DNA of 64,000 nt from an uncultured Enterobacterales bacterium (GTDB taxonomy: Bacteria; Myxococcota_A; UBA796; JAFGLY01), in the NCBI GenBank assembly GCA_964481655.1, contig CAYZVO010000004.1:1702-65701 (forward strand), given 5' to 3'. A program made the position numbers and the translations under genes. How positions within the stretch are numbered: position 1 is the stretch's first letter; each line of letters opens with the position of its first letter. Shown here one piece after another: positions 39,725 through 47,658 of the stretch. The notes beneath the pieces were generated by a model. It ran no database searches. It worked only from the letters and a program-made list of their open reading frames with translations, and was not told where the DNA came from.

Positions 39725-41337
39725 GCGGACACCGCGGGGGTGGGGGAGCCCTGGTCGAAGAGGCCGTGCAGGAAGGCGTGCCCGAGCTCGCGGAAGACCC
39801 ACAGCCCGCGGCCGTCCTGCAGCTCGAGGGACCAGTAGCGGCGGTCGAGCCCGGCGGCCCACCACTCGACGTTGAGCAGCTCGGGCCCCCAGCAGCGCCG
39901 CACCGGCAGCCAGCGACCCTCGAGCTGGACCCGCCGCGGTGGGCCGAGGCGTGGCTCGAGCTGCACGGGCTTGGGCTCGGACAGCATCAAGGCCGGGCGC
40001 GGCAGGGGCAGGGAGAAGCGCCAGGCTTCGTGGGGCCAGGCCGGGTCCAGGTCCTTGGCGCCCTGCTTGGTGGAGGCGGGGGGCGCAGCCTGGGCGGCCT
40101 GCTGGAGGCCGGGCTCCACGAAGCGGCCCTGCGCGTCGAAGCTGGAGCCAGGGGCCCAGGCGGCCTCGGGTCGCCAGCGATCCCGGGGCTGGGGGGTGAA
40201 CATGGCCGCCGGCCCGAGGCTGTCGGCCAGCCGCGCGGCGACACCGGCCAGGGACTCGAGGGGCTCGCCCCCGGCGAGCAGGGGGGCCTGCGCCCCCGCG
40301 AAGGGGACCGGGCTGAGCTCCAGGGTCAGGCCGAGCACCGGGGCCGCCAGCTGCAGGCCCTCGAGGCGGCGGCGCAGCAGGCGGACGAGGCGCTCGGGAT
40401 CGCGCACGGGGCGGCCTGTGCGCAGGGAGAGGCGCAAGCTGCCGGCGTCCTCGAGGGTCAGGATCAGCACCAGGCCCACCAGGCCCTGGGCCCCCGCCTC
40501 GAGCTGCGCGCAGAGATCCCCGCAGAGCCGCTTGAGCACGAACAGCAGCGGCTCGACGGCGCTGACGGGGGCCGGGAGCTCCCAGCCGACGCGCATGCGC
40601 TCACCCTCGACCCGCGCGGCCATGGGCAGGCTGCCCAGCCCCCCGCGGGCCAGGCGCTGCAGGCGCACGGCTTCGGCCCCGAAGCGACCCGCCACATCGG
40701 CCGGCGCGAGGACGGCCAGCTCCCCCACCCGACGCAGGCCGAGATCATGCAGCAGCCGGGCGAGACGCGGGCTGGGCTCGAGGGCGCGCAGGGGCAGCGG
40801 AGCCAGGGCCTGGGCAAGACCGGCGGGGGGGACCACCACATCGCGGGGGGCCCAAGCCGCCAGCACCCGCGCGGCGAAGAGATCATCGGCGATCACGACC
40901 CGCGCGTCGTGCCCCAGCAGCTGCAGGCGGTCGGCCGCCCCGGCCAGCAGCGCGGGCTCGGGCGTGGGTGGGCGCGCGCCACCGCCGGGGGGGACCAGCT
41001 CGGCCGCCAGGCCGTCGGGGGGCAGCGGCGCCACGGCGGGGGCGAAGCGCGACAGCTGCCAGGCGAGCTCGGCGAGATCCAGGGACTCGTCATCGGGCTC
41101 GAGCAGCTCGATGGCCAGATCCGGCAGCAGGGCGCGGGCCGCCGCCAGGGTCATGCCGTGCTCGATGCCGGCCCGTGCAGCGCGCGAGGTGCAGGCCTGC
41201 ACCCGCAGGGCGCTCTTCTGTTCGGCCACCAGCACCACGGCCTGGCGCGGATCCCAGCCGCAACGGTCCAGCCGGAAGCCCGGCAGGTGGCAGACCAGGT
41301 AGCGGGGCCCTGTGGCCGCGGGTGGTGAGGGACTCAT
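39721..41337 (-). CDS. imuB: ImuB, Y-family-polymerase-like mutasome protein
   Basis: N-terminus RYLVCHLPGFRLDRCGW...EHGMTLAAARALLPDL is typical of ImuB. Translationally coupled to dnaE2. Confidence 0.8.
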   Translation of the reverse strand: MSPSPPAATGPRYLVCHLPGFRLDRCGWDPRQAVVLVAEQKSALRVQACTSRAARAGIEHGMTLAAARALLPDLAIELLEPDDESLDLAELAWQLSRFAPAVAPLPPDGLAAELVPPGGGARPPTPEPALLAGAADRLQLLGHDARVVIADDLFAARVLAAWAPRDVVVPPAGLAQALAPLPLRALEPSPRLARLLHDLGLRRVGELAVLAPADVAGRFGAEAVRLQRLARGGLGSLPMAARVEGERMRVGWELPAPVSAVEPLLFVLKRLCGDLCAQLEAGAQGLVGLVLILTLEDAGSLRLSLRTGRPVRDPERLVRLLRRRLEGLQLAAPVLGLTLELSPVPFAGAQAPLLAGGEPLESLAGVAARLADSLGPAAMFTPQPRDRWRPEAAWAPGSSFDAQGRFVEPGLQQAAQAAPPASTKQGAKDLDPAWPHEAWRFSLPLPRPALMLSEPKPVQLEPRLGPPRRVQLEGRWLPVRRCWGPELLNVEWWAAGLDRRYWSLELQDGRGLWVFRELGHAFLHGLFDQGSPTPAVSA

Positions 41338-41340
41338 TCA

Positions 41341-41356
41341 TTGAACATATGTTCAA
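41341..41356. promoter_or_regulatory. candidate LexA (SOS) operator, perfect palindrome TTGAACATATGTTCAA
   Basis: 16-bp perfect dyad with a GAAC-N4-GTTC core, 3 nt upstream of the imuB ATG (41337). Confidence 0.6.
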
Positions 41357-41426
41357 TCCGCCCGGGGCTCAAGTCATACTATCGCCAATTGCGGTCATGT
41401 TCTGTCCGCAACACCCCATCCCCTGG

Positions 41427-41461
41427 ACACAAAACGACCCGAGCGGCGAACCGCCCGGGTC
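41427..41461 (-). terminator. Rho-independent terminator of cysC
   Basis: On the minus strand GACCCGGGCGG-TTCG-CCGCTCGGGTC is followed by GTTTTGTGT, about 20 nt after the cysC stop. Confidence 0.7.
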
Positions 41462-41482
41462 GTCGTGCTGGAAGAACCGCTG

Positions 41483-42091
41483 CTAGGCGGAGATCAGACC
41501 GCGCTCGATGAGCTGGTCGATGACCTGCTGGGCGGACTCCTCGACGGTGCAGTCGGTGGTGACCTTCAGCTCGGGGTTCTCGGGGTACTCGTAAGGAGCG
41601 CTCACGCCGGTGAACTGGGGGATGATGCCCGCGCGGGCCTTCTTGTACAGACCCTTGGGATCACGGCCCTCGCAGACCTCGAGGGAGCTGTCGACCAGGC
41701 ACTCGAGGAAGCGGCCCTCGGCCACGCGGCCGCGCGCGATGTCGCGGTCGGCGATGTAGGGGCTGATGAAGGCGGTCAGGGTGACGACGCCGGCGTTGGA
41801 GAACAGGGCCGCGACCTCGCCGATGCGGCGGATGTTCTCGGCGCGGTCCTCGGGGGAGAAGCCGAGGTCCTTGTTGAGACCGAAGCGGATGTTGTCGCCA
41901 TCGAGCACGAAGGCGTGGACGCCGCGCTGGATGAGCATCTGCTCGACCTTCACCGCCACGGTGCTCTTGCCCGAGCCGGACAGGCCGGTGAGCCAGATGA
42001 CGCAGCCCTTCTGGTTGAAGGTGCTCTCGCGCTCCTCGGGGCTGACGAGACCGATGTGCTTGGTGATGTTGGTGGCCTTCTGCTCGACCAT
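41483..42091 (-). CDS. cysC: adenylyl-sulfate (APS) kinase
   Basis: Start trimmed to MVEQKAT (ATG 42091, GAGGAG RBS). GCVIWLTGLSGSGKSTVA P-loop, LDGDNIRFGLNKDLGFS, FISPY. Confidence 0.9.
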   Translation of the reverse strand: MVEQKATNITKHIGLVSPEERESTFNQKGCVIWLTGLSGSGKSTVAVKVEQMLIQRGVHAFVLDGDNIRFGLNKDLGFSPEDRAENIRRIGEVAALFSNAGVVTLTAFISPYIADRDIARGRVAEGRFLECLVDSSLEVCEGRDPKGLYKKARAGIIPQFTGVSAPYEYPENPELKVTTDCTVEESAQQVIDQLIERGLISA

Positions 42092-42249
42092 GATTCGCTC
42101 CTCGATGGGGGGGAAAGGTTGGAAAGGGGCCGCCCCTATCGCAGCCCCCCCGCCCGGGCAACCGAGGCATCTCCGGAACAGGACACAGGCCACACAGGGA
42201 CCGCACTGCACTGCTGCGCGGGGGCGGGGCCACGCGATAGCAGGGGGCG

Positions 42250-43272
42250 ATGCACGCCTCCCCTCCACCACCCGACGCCCTCGCCCGCCGCTTCCCGGAG
42301 CTGGGCATCCCCCGCCTCGCGCTGGGCTGCTTCCCCACCCCGGTGGAGCGTCTGCCCATCGCCCCCGGCGGCGTGGAGCTGTGGGTGAAGCGCGACGACC
42401 TCGCCGGCGAGCACTACGGCGGCAACAAGGTCCGCAAGCTCGAGTACCTCCTGGCGGCCCACCAGGGGCAGCCCCTGCTGACCATCGGGGCCGACGGCTC
42501 CCACCACATCCTCGCCACCGCTCTGTACGGCCGCATGGTGGGCTGTGAGACCTACGGGGTCATGGCCCCCCAGCCCTCCAACCCCCATGTCCGCGAGAAC
42601 CGGGCGCTCATCGAGGGCCTGCTCGCCGACTGGGTGGACGTGCCCACCCGCCTGCTGATCCCCGCCGGGATGCTGCGCCTGCGCCTGCGCCTGGCCAAGG
42701 CGGGCCTCCCCTCCCCCGTGGACATCCCCGCCGGCGGCTCCAACCCCACCGGCTCCCTGGGCTGGGTCGCCGGGGGTCTCGAGCTCGCCGAGCAGGTCCG
42801 CGACGGCCTGCTCCCCGAGCCCGATCAGGTCTGGCTGCCCCTGGGCAGCGGCGGCAACGCCGCGGGCCTGCTGGTGGGGCTGCGCCTGGGCGGCCTGCGC
42901 ACCCGGGTCATGGCGGTGCGGGTGGTGGAGCGTCCCCTCACCAGCGGCACCGCCACCCGCCTGCTGGCCCACCGCACCCTTCGCCTGCTGCGCGCCCACG
43001 GCCTGAGCGAGCCCGTGAGCCTGGGGGGCTTCGAGGTGATCGAGGGCTACCTCGGCGGTGGCTACGGCCACGACACCCCCGACGCAGCCCGGGCGGCCCA
43101 CATCGCCCGCACCGAGCTGGGCCTGGCCCTCGAAGGAACCTACACCGCCAAGGCCATGGCGGGCTGCCTGGACCACCTGCGCACCGCGCGGGGTGTGCGC
43201 ACCGCCCTGTTCCTCGACACCGTCTCCTCCCGGCCCCTGCCGGACCCCGCCAGCGTCCCGGAGCCGGCGTGA
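42250..43272 (+). CDS. PLP-dependent ACC deaminase/D-cysteine desulfhydrase family protein
   Basis: LWVKRDDLAGEHYGGNKVRKLEYLL (PLP-lysine signature) and GGSNPTGSLG. Confidence 0.8.
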   Translation: MHASPPPPDALARRFPELGIPRLALGCFPTPVERLPIAPGGVELWVKRDDLAGEHYGGNKVRKLEYLLAAHQGQPLLTIGADGSHHILATALYGRMVGCETYGVMAPQPSNPHVRENRALIEGLLADWVDVPTRLLIPAGMLRLRLRLAKAGLPSPVDIPAGGSNPTGSLGWVAGGLELAEQVRDGLLPEPDQVWLPLGSGGNAAGLLVGLRLGGLRTRVMAVRVVERPLTSGTATRLLAHRTLRLLRAHGLSEPVSLGGFEVIEGYLGGGYGHDTPDAARAAHIARTELGLALEGTYTAKAMAGCLDHLRTARGVRTALFLDTVSSRPLPDPASVPEPA

Positions 43273-44150
43273 GCCTCCACACCCTCACCCTGCTGCGGCT
43301 GCTGCTCGCCAGAGATCCGGCGGCGCTGATGGCGGCCTTCTACCGCTTCGCCGATCCGATCTTCGAGGCGGTCACCCGTGACAGCGGGCTGATCAACGTG
43401 GGCATGGCCGCCGACCCCGCCACCGCCGACCTGGCGGAGGCCCAGCGGGACCTGGTGCGCCACACCGTCCGAGCGCTGCCGCGGACGAGCCGGGACGGTG
43501 GCCCGGCGCGCTGGCTCGAGACGGGCTGCGGCTGGGGCGGACCCGCCGCGCTGCTGGCCGCGGAGCACCCCGACCTGCGCATCCACGCCCTCGACATCAG
43601 CCCCGAGCACGCCGCCGCGACCCGCGCGCGGGTCGCGCCCTTCGGCTCGCGGGTGCGGGTGCACCTGGCGGACGCCCAGCACGTCCCCTTCCACGCCGCC
43701 AGCTTCGACGGCGTCTACGCCATCGAGTCCGCCTTCCACTACCCCCGCAAGGAAGAATGGGTGCACGAGGTCCACCGCCTGCTGCGCCCCGGTGGCCGGG
43801 TCGCCATCGCCGACTTCGTCCTCCATCCCCAGCACACCCGCCCCCTCGAGCGCGCCGCCATGGCCCCGAACATGCGCATCGGCGCCATGCCCGGCCTCTT
43901 CACACCCGAGCGCTGGGTGGACGCCTTCGAGGCCGGGGGGCTGGTGGATGTGGAGCTCGAGGACGTCACCCCCGCCGTGATCGGGTTGCTGGGCCGCTGG
44001 GCCGACCGCATGCGGCAGGAGCACGCCCAGCTGCGGCGCCGCTACCCGCGGGCGCTGCTGGCCTACTACGCCCTGGGCCTGGAACGACTCGCCGCCCGCG
44101 GGGCCGAGGCGCCCGTGGGCTACGTGATTGTGCGGGGGCAGCGTCCCTGA
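43269..44150 (+). CDS. class I SAM-dependent methyltransferase
   Basis: LETGCGWGGPA (motif I), LLRPGGRVAIADF. GTGA overlap with the upstream gene. Confidence 0.75.
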   Translation: MSLHTLTLLRLLLARDPAALMAAFYRFADPIFEAVTRDSGLINVGMAADPATADLAEAQRDLVRHTVRALPRTSRDGGPARWLETGCGWGGPAALLAAEHPDLRIHALDISPEHAAATRARVAPFGSRVRVHLADAQHVPFHAASFDGVYAIESAFHYPRKEEWVHEVHRLLRPGGRVAIADFVLHPQHTRPLERAAMAPNMRIGAMPGLFTPERWVDAFEAGGLVDVELEDVTPAVIGLLGRWADRMRQEHAQLRRRYPRALLAYYALGLERLAARGAEAPVGYVIVRGQRP

Positions 44151-44233
44151 CAGCGAAGGGCGGCGTTGTGCTGCGGCGACACGCCGACAGCAGGAACGTC
44201 GTCGCTCGAGGACGCCGTAGGTCGGCCTCGAGC

Positions 44234-44575
44234 CTACTTGCGGCGGGCTTCCCGCACGCGCAGGGCGAGGACGCCGCGCTCCTGCTCGAGCTCCGGGTCC
44301 CATTCATCCAGGCCGCGGATGCTGGCCACAGCTTCGTCGCCGGTCTCGGCGGTGGGGACCAGGTTGCGGTGACCTTCGGTCTCGATCAGGGCTTCGAGGC
44401 TGGGGTAGCGCCGGACCATGCCGACCATGATGCTGCCGAAGCTGCCGAACTCGAGCCGGTCGCCGGAGGAGATGAACATGTAGTCGTCGCTGGACAGCAA
44501 GACGTAGACCGTCTTGAGGCCCTGTTCCATCTCGAGAAATGCCTCCTCGTACAGCGGGGCGTCGTAGGTGGCCAT
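44234..44575 (-). CDS. ASCH-domain (PUA-like) protein
   Basis: GLKTVYVLL...GDRLEF...VGMVRRYPSLEALIETEG...ERGVLALRV matches the ASCH family pattern. 113 aa. Confidence 0.55.
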   Translation of the reverse strand: MATYDAPLYEEAFLEMEQGLKTVYVLLSSDDYMFISSGDRLEFGSFGSIMVGMVRRYPSLEALIETEGHRNLVPTAETGDEAVASIRGLDEWDPELEQERGVLALRVREARRK

Positions 44576-44670
44576 GGCTCATTCCCTGTCGGCTGGGGGG
44601 TTCAACGCTGAGCAAACGACATGAGTCAGCGGCGTCTCTAGCACGATCGTGGACAGTTCGCCCACCTTGG

Positions 44671-45012
44671 CTAGCCGGGTGGCCAGCCCAGCCGGCGCCC
44701 CGACAGCAGGTGGACATGGAGGTGTTCGACCTCCTGCCCGGCGTCTCGCCCGTTGTTCAGCACGAGGCGGTAGCCGCTGTCCGTCAGGCCCAGGGCCGCC
44801 GCGGCCTGCCGCGCGCCCCAGAACAGGCGGCCCAGCAGCTCGACCTGCTCAGGCTCCGCGTCCTCGAGGCGCGGGATGGGCTCCCGCGGCACGATCAGCA
44901 GGTGCGTGGGCGCCTGGGGTGAGATGTCGCGGAACGCGACGACGTGCTCGTCCTGATAGACGATGTCGGCGGGGATCTCCCCCGCCATGATCCGCTCGAA
45001 GATGGTGGGCAT
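44671..45012 (-). CDS. HIT-family (histidine triad) nucleotide hydrolase
   Basis: MPTIFERIMAGEIPADIVYQDE and the histidine triad HLHVHLL. Confidence 0.9.
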   Translation of the reverse strand: MPTIFERIMAGEIPADIVYQDEHVVAFRDISPQAPTHLLIVPREPIPRLEDAEPEQVELLGRLFWGARQAAAALGLTDSGYRLVLNNGRDAGQEVEHLHVHLLSGRRLGWPPG

Positions 45013-45028
45013 GGCGCCTCTGGATGGG

Positions 45029-45523
45029 TCAGTAGCGCGCCTGCAGCGGCAGGATCAGGATGCCGTCTTCGTGCTTGGGGCCAGCGACGATCACGGTGCC
45101 GTTGCGGTTCACGCTGAGGGTCGTGTCCAGCAGCTTGTTGTCCTGGCGTCCGAAGAACTGGATCCGGAACTGGGCCCGCTGGGCGTCCCGGGACTTGAGG
45201 GTCACGGTGACCTTGCGGTTGCCCACCAGCTGGAAGGTGCTGGTGCCGCCGGGGGACAGCTCTGCCTGGTAGGTGTCCAGCAGGCTGTAGCCGCTGTAGC
45301 GGAGGAAGCTGAGGTGGCGCTGCAGGTGCTGCAGCTGGGGGTCGATGCCGCTGTGGCTGTCGGAGGCGGCCACCACCAGCATCTGCAGGTTCACCTTGCC
45401 GGGGGCGGCGGCCCGCGCCGGCTGCCGGCCCTGGGCCCAGGCGTCGCCCGCGGGCAGACCCATGACGAGCACGAGCAGCGCGGCGAGCAGCCAGATGGGA
45501 AGGCGAAGGCGGGCGCAGGTCAC
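45029..45523 (-). CDS. hypothetical secreted protein
   Basis: Signal LRLPIWLLAALLVLVMGLPAGDAWA. High GC3. Last structural gene of the ECF sigma operon. Confidence 0.5.
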   Translation of the reverse strand: MTCARLRLPIWLLAALLVLVMGLPAGDAWAQGRQPARAAAPGKVNLQMLVVAASDSHSGIDPQLQHLQRHLSFLRYSGYSLLDTYQAELSPGGTSTFQLVGNRKVTVTLKSRDAQRAQFRIQFFGRQDNKLLDTTLSVNRNGTVIVAGPKHEDGILILPLQARY

Positions 45524-45527
45524 GGCA

Positions 45528-46829
45528 TCACCCCTCGACCGAGTCGGACTCGAGGCCTTCGTCGATGAAGATCACCATGGGGGCACCATCCTCGAGCTGG
45601 AAGACCTGAACCATAGCGTCTTCGGCCACCTCGAGCTGTTCGATCTCGATGGTGTTGACGTCGGCGATCTCGAAGATGGCCTCGGCCAGCTGGGGGCCGG
45701 GCTCGGTCGGCAGCTCGGGATCGGGGGTCTCGGGGCCGATGGCGTTGAGCACGAAGAGCAGGGCCGCGGCCGACGCGGCGAAGCTGAACAGGGGCAGCCG
45801 GCGCAGCCAGCGGGGGGTCGGGCGGGGCGCGGGCTCGACGCTGGGCTCCGGCGCGAGCGCGGGCTCGACGGCGTCCTGGGCCTGCTCGCTGGCGGCCACG
45901 GGCACCGCCGCGGGCAGGATGCTGTCCATGACCATGTCGGCGATGTCGATCTCGCCGGCCTCGGCCTGGATGCCCTGGGCCACCGCCGCCCAGGCGGCCT
46001 GCTCGCCGATGCCCAGCTCGTCGCGGACGGCGGGCCAGATGGCGGAGAGATCGTGGCCGGCGGTCTCGTGGGCGACGGCGTGGCGCAGCTGACGGCCGAG
46101 CTCGGCCATGGCGGTGATGGCGCGCCGGCCGGCGGGGTCGTCGGCCAGACGGGCCGCGACGGCGCGGCGGGCGTCGGGGCCCAGCTCGCCGTCGGCCATC
46201 GCGCAGAGCTCGAGCTGCTGGGCGTGGACGGTCTGGACGGCGTCCATGACCGGCTCGGTGAGCGCGACGCTGCGGGCCTCGACCGCCAGCTCGTGGGCCA
46301 TGGCCTGCAGGGCCTGCTCGAGGCTTCGGTCCCGCGCGGGCTCGACCCGATCGAGCACCGCGCCCGCCAGGTCGGCGGGGAGGTGCAGCCGGGCCTCGCG
46401 CCGCAGGCCGTCGGCCAGGGCGGAGAGGTGTCGCTCGAGCCGAGGCTGGGGGCTGGGCTCCACGAAGTGCATCACGGCGTCCGCGAGATCGGCCTGGGCC
46501 GCCTCGCGCTCCAGCCCACCCCGCAGGGCCTCGAAGGCCTGGGCGGTGGGCTCGGGCTCCACCGGGACCTGCGCCAGCACGTCGGGTGCGAGATCGACGA
46601 GATCGCTCTCGCGCTGCAGGCCGCGCTGCAGGCCGCCGCGGATGCTGCACCAGGCCTCGCTGGTCTCCTGCTCGGACAGCAGCGCCTCGAGGGCCTGGAG
46701 GTCGGCCGGGGCTGCGGCGGCGCGGGCACCGCGCTGGAGCAGCTCCACCAGCGCGCGGGGCGCGTGGGTGGGGGGCACGGCGGCTGTACGCACGGGGCGG
46801 GGGGAATCGACCGCGGGCTCTGACGGCAC
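45528..46829 (-). CDS. anti-sigma factor-like membrane protein
   Basis: Immediately downstream of the ECF sigma gene. Internal LCAMADGELGPDARRAVAARL (anti-sigma N-domain-like). TM helix RRLPLFSFAASAAALLFVLNAIG. GTG start. Confidence 0.55.
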   Translation of the reverse strand: MPSEPAVDSPRPVRTAAVPPTHAPRALVELLQRGARAAAAPADLQALEALLSEQETSEAWCSIRGGLQRGLQRESDLVDLAPDVLAQVPVEPEPTAQAFEALRGGLEREAAQADLADAVMHFVEPSPQPRLERHLSALADGLRREARLHLPADLAGAVLDRVEPARDRSLEQALQAMAHELAVEARSVALTEPVMDAVQTVHAQQLELCAMADGELGPDARRAVAARLADDPAGRRAITAMAELGRQLRHAVAHETAGHDLSAIWPAVRDELGIGEQAAWAAVAQGIQAEAGEIDIADMVMDSILPAAVPVAASEQAQDAVEPALAPEPSVEPAPRPTPRWLRRLPLFSFAASAAALLFVLNAIGPETPDPELPTEPGPQLAEAIFEIADVNTIEIEQLEVAEDAMVQVFQLEDGAPMVIFIDEGLESDSVEG

Positions 46830-46856
46830 CCGGAGCCGAACATTCGAGGAAAGGGG

Positions 46857-47573
46857 CTATTTTTTTCGAGGATCGTCGGTTTCTTCGAGGAGGGCCTGCA
46901 GCTTCTTGCGCGCGTAGAACAACCGCGACATGACCGTTCCCTCGGGAATGCCCATGGTCTCTGCGATCTCGCGGTAGGAGAAGCCCTCGATCTCCCGCAG
47001 CAGGACCACCTGCCGCTGGTCGTCGGACAGCTTCTGCATGGCGTCCATGATGCGCCCGTACAGCTGCGCGCGCTCGAGGTCCTTGGCGGGGCTGCGGCGC
47101 AGGTGATCCGGATCCCAGACCTCGTCGCCCTGATCCTGGTGCCCGATGCGCTCGTCGAACTCCGACATGCGCACCCGCCGGTGCTTGCGGATGTGGTCGA
47201 TCGTGACGTTCGAGGCGATGCGGTACAGCCAGGTGGTGAAGCTGGCCTCGCGGCGGAAGCCGGCCATGTTGCGGTAGGCCTTGACGAAGGCCTCCTGGGT
47301 GAGGTCGCGGGCTTCTTCGCGGTTGCGGATCATGCCGTAGATGTGGGCGTAGATGCGGCCCTGGAAGCGCTCGACCAGCCCGCGGAAGGCGGTGGCGTCT
47401 CCGCCCTGGACCAGATCGACGAGATCGGTGTCGGAGAGCTCCCGCTCGGCCTCGCGGGTGCGGGCGGGTGCCCCGCCTCCGCCGCCCGACGGGCCGGCCA
47501 TGGCGGACAGGCCCCAGGCGAGGGTGCCCGCCCAGGCGGACCCGCCTCCGAAGCCGTTGCTTGCCATCGACAT
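46857..47573 (-). CDS. ECF (sigma-70 family) RNA polymerase sigma factor with Gly-rich N-terminal extension
   Basis: Start at ATG 47573 with a GGGAGG RBS. Region 2 DLTQEAFVKAYRNMAGFRREASFTTWLYRIA. Region 4 GFSYREIAETMGIPEGTVMSRLFYARKKL. Confidence 0.85.
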   Translation of the reverse strand: MSMASNGFGGGSAWAGTLAWGLSAMAGPSGGGGGAPARTREAERELSDTDLVDLVQGGDATAFRGLVERFQGRIYAHIYGMIRNREEARDLTQEAFVKAYRNMAGFRREASFTTWLYRIASNVTIDHIRKHRRVRMSEFDERIGHQDQGDEVWDPDHLRRSPAKDLERAQLYGRIMDAMQKLSDDQRQVVLLREIEGFSYREIAETMGIPEGTVMSRLFYARKKLQALLEETDDPRKK

Positions 47574-47658
47574 GTGGAGACCTCCCTGGGGGTGCTCGTG
47601 GGCGAGTGCTCCGTGTGTGGAACCCTCGGCGAGCACCATCATATCCCGTGGGGGCCGA

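Noticed and set aside
44195-44233. A possible degenerate family B fragment (GACGCCG TAGGTCG GCCTCGA) with the hairpin GCTCGAGG...CCTCGAGC at the convergent junction 44150/44234.
   Set aside because: It has only one or two recognisable heptads, which is too short to distinguish from chance. It is left as a weak note.
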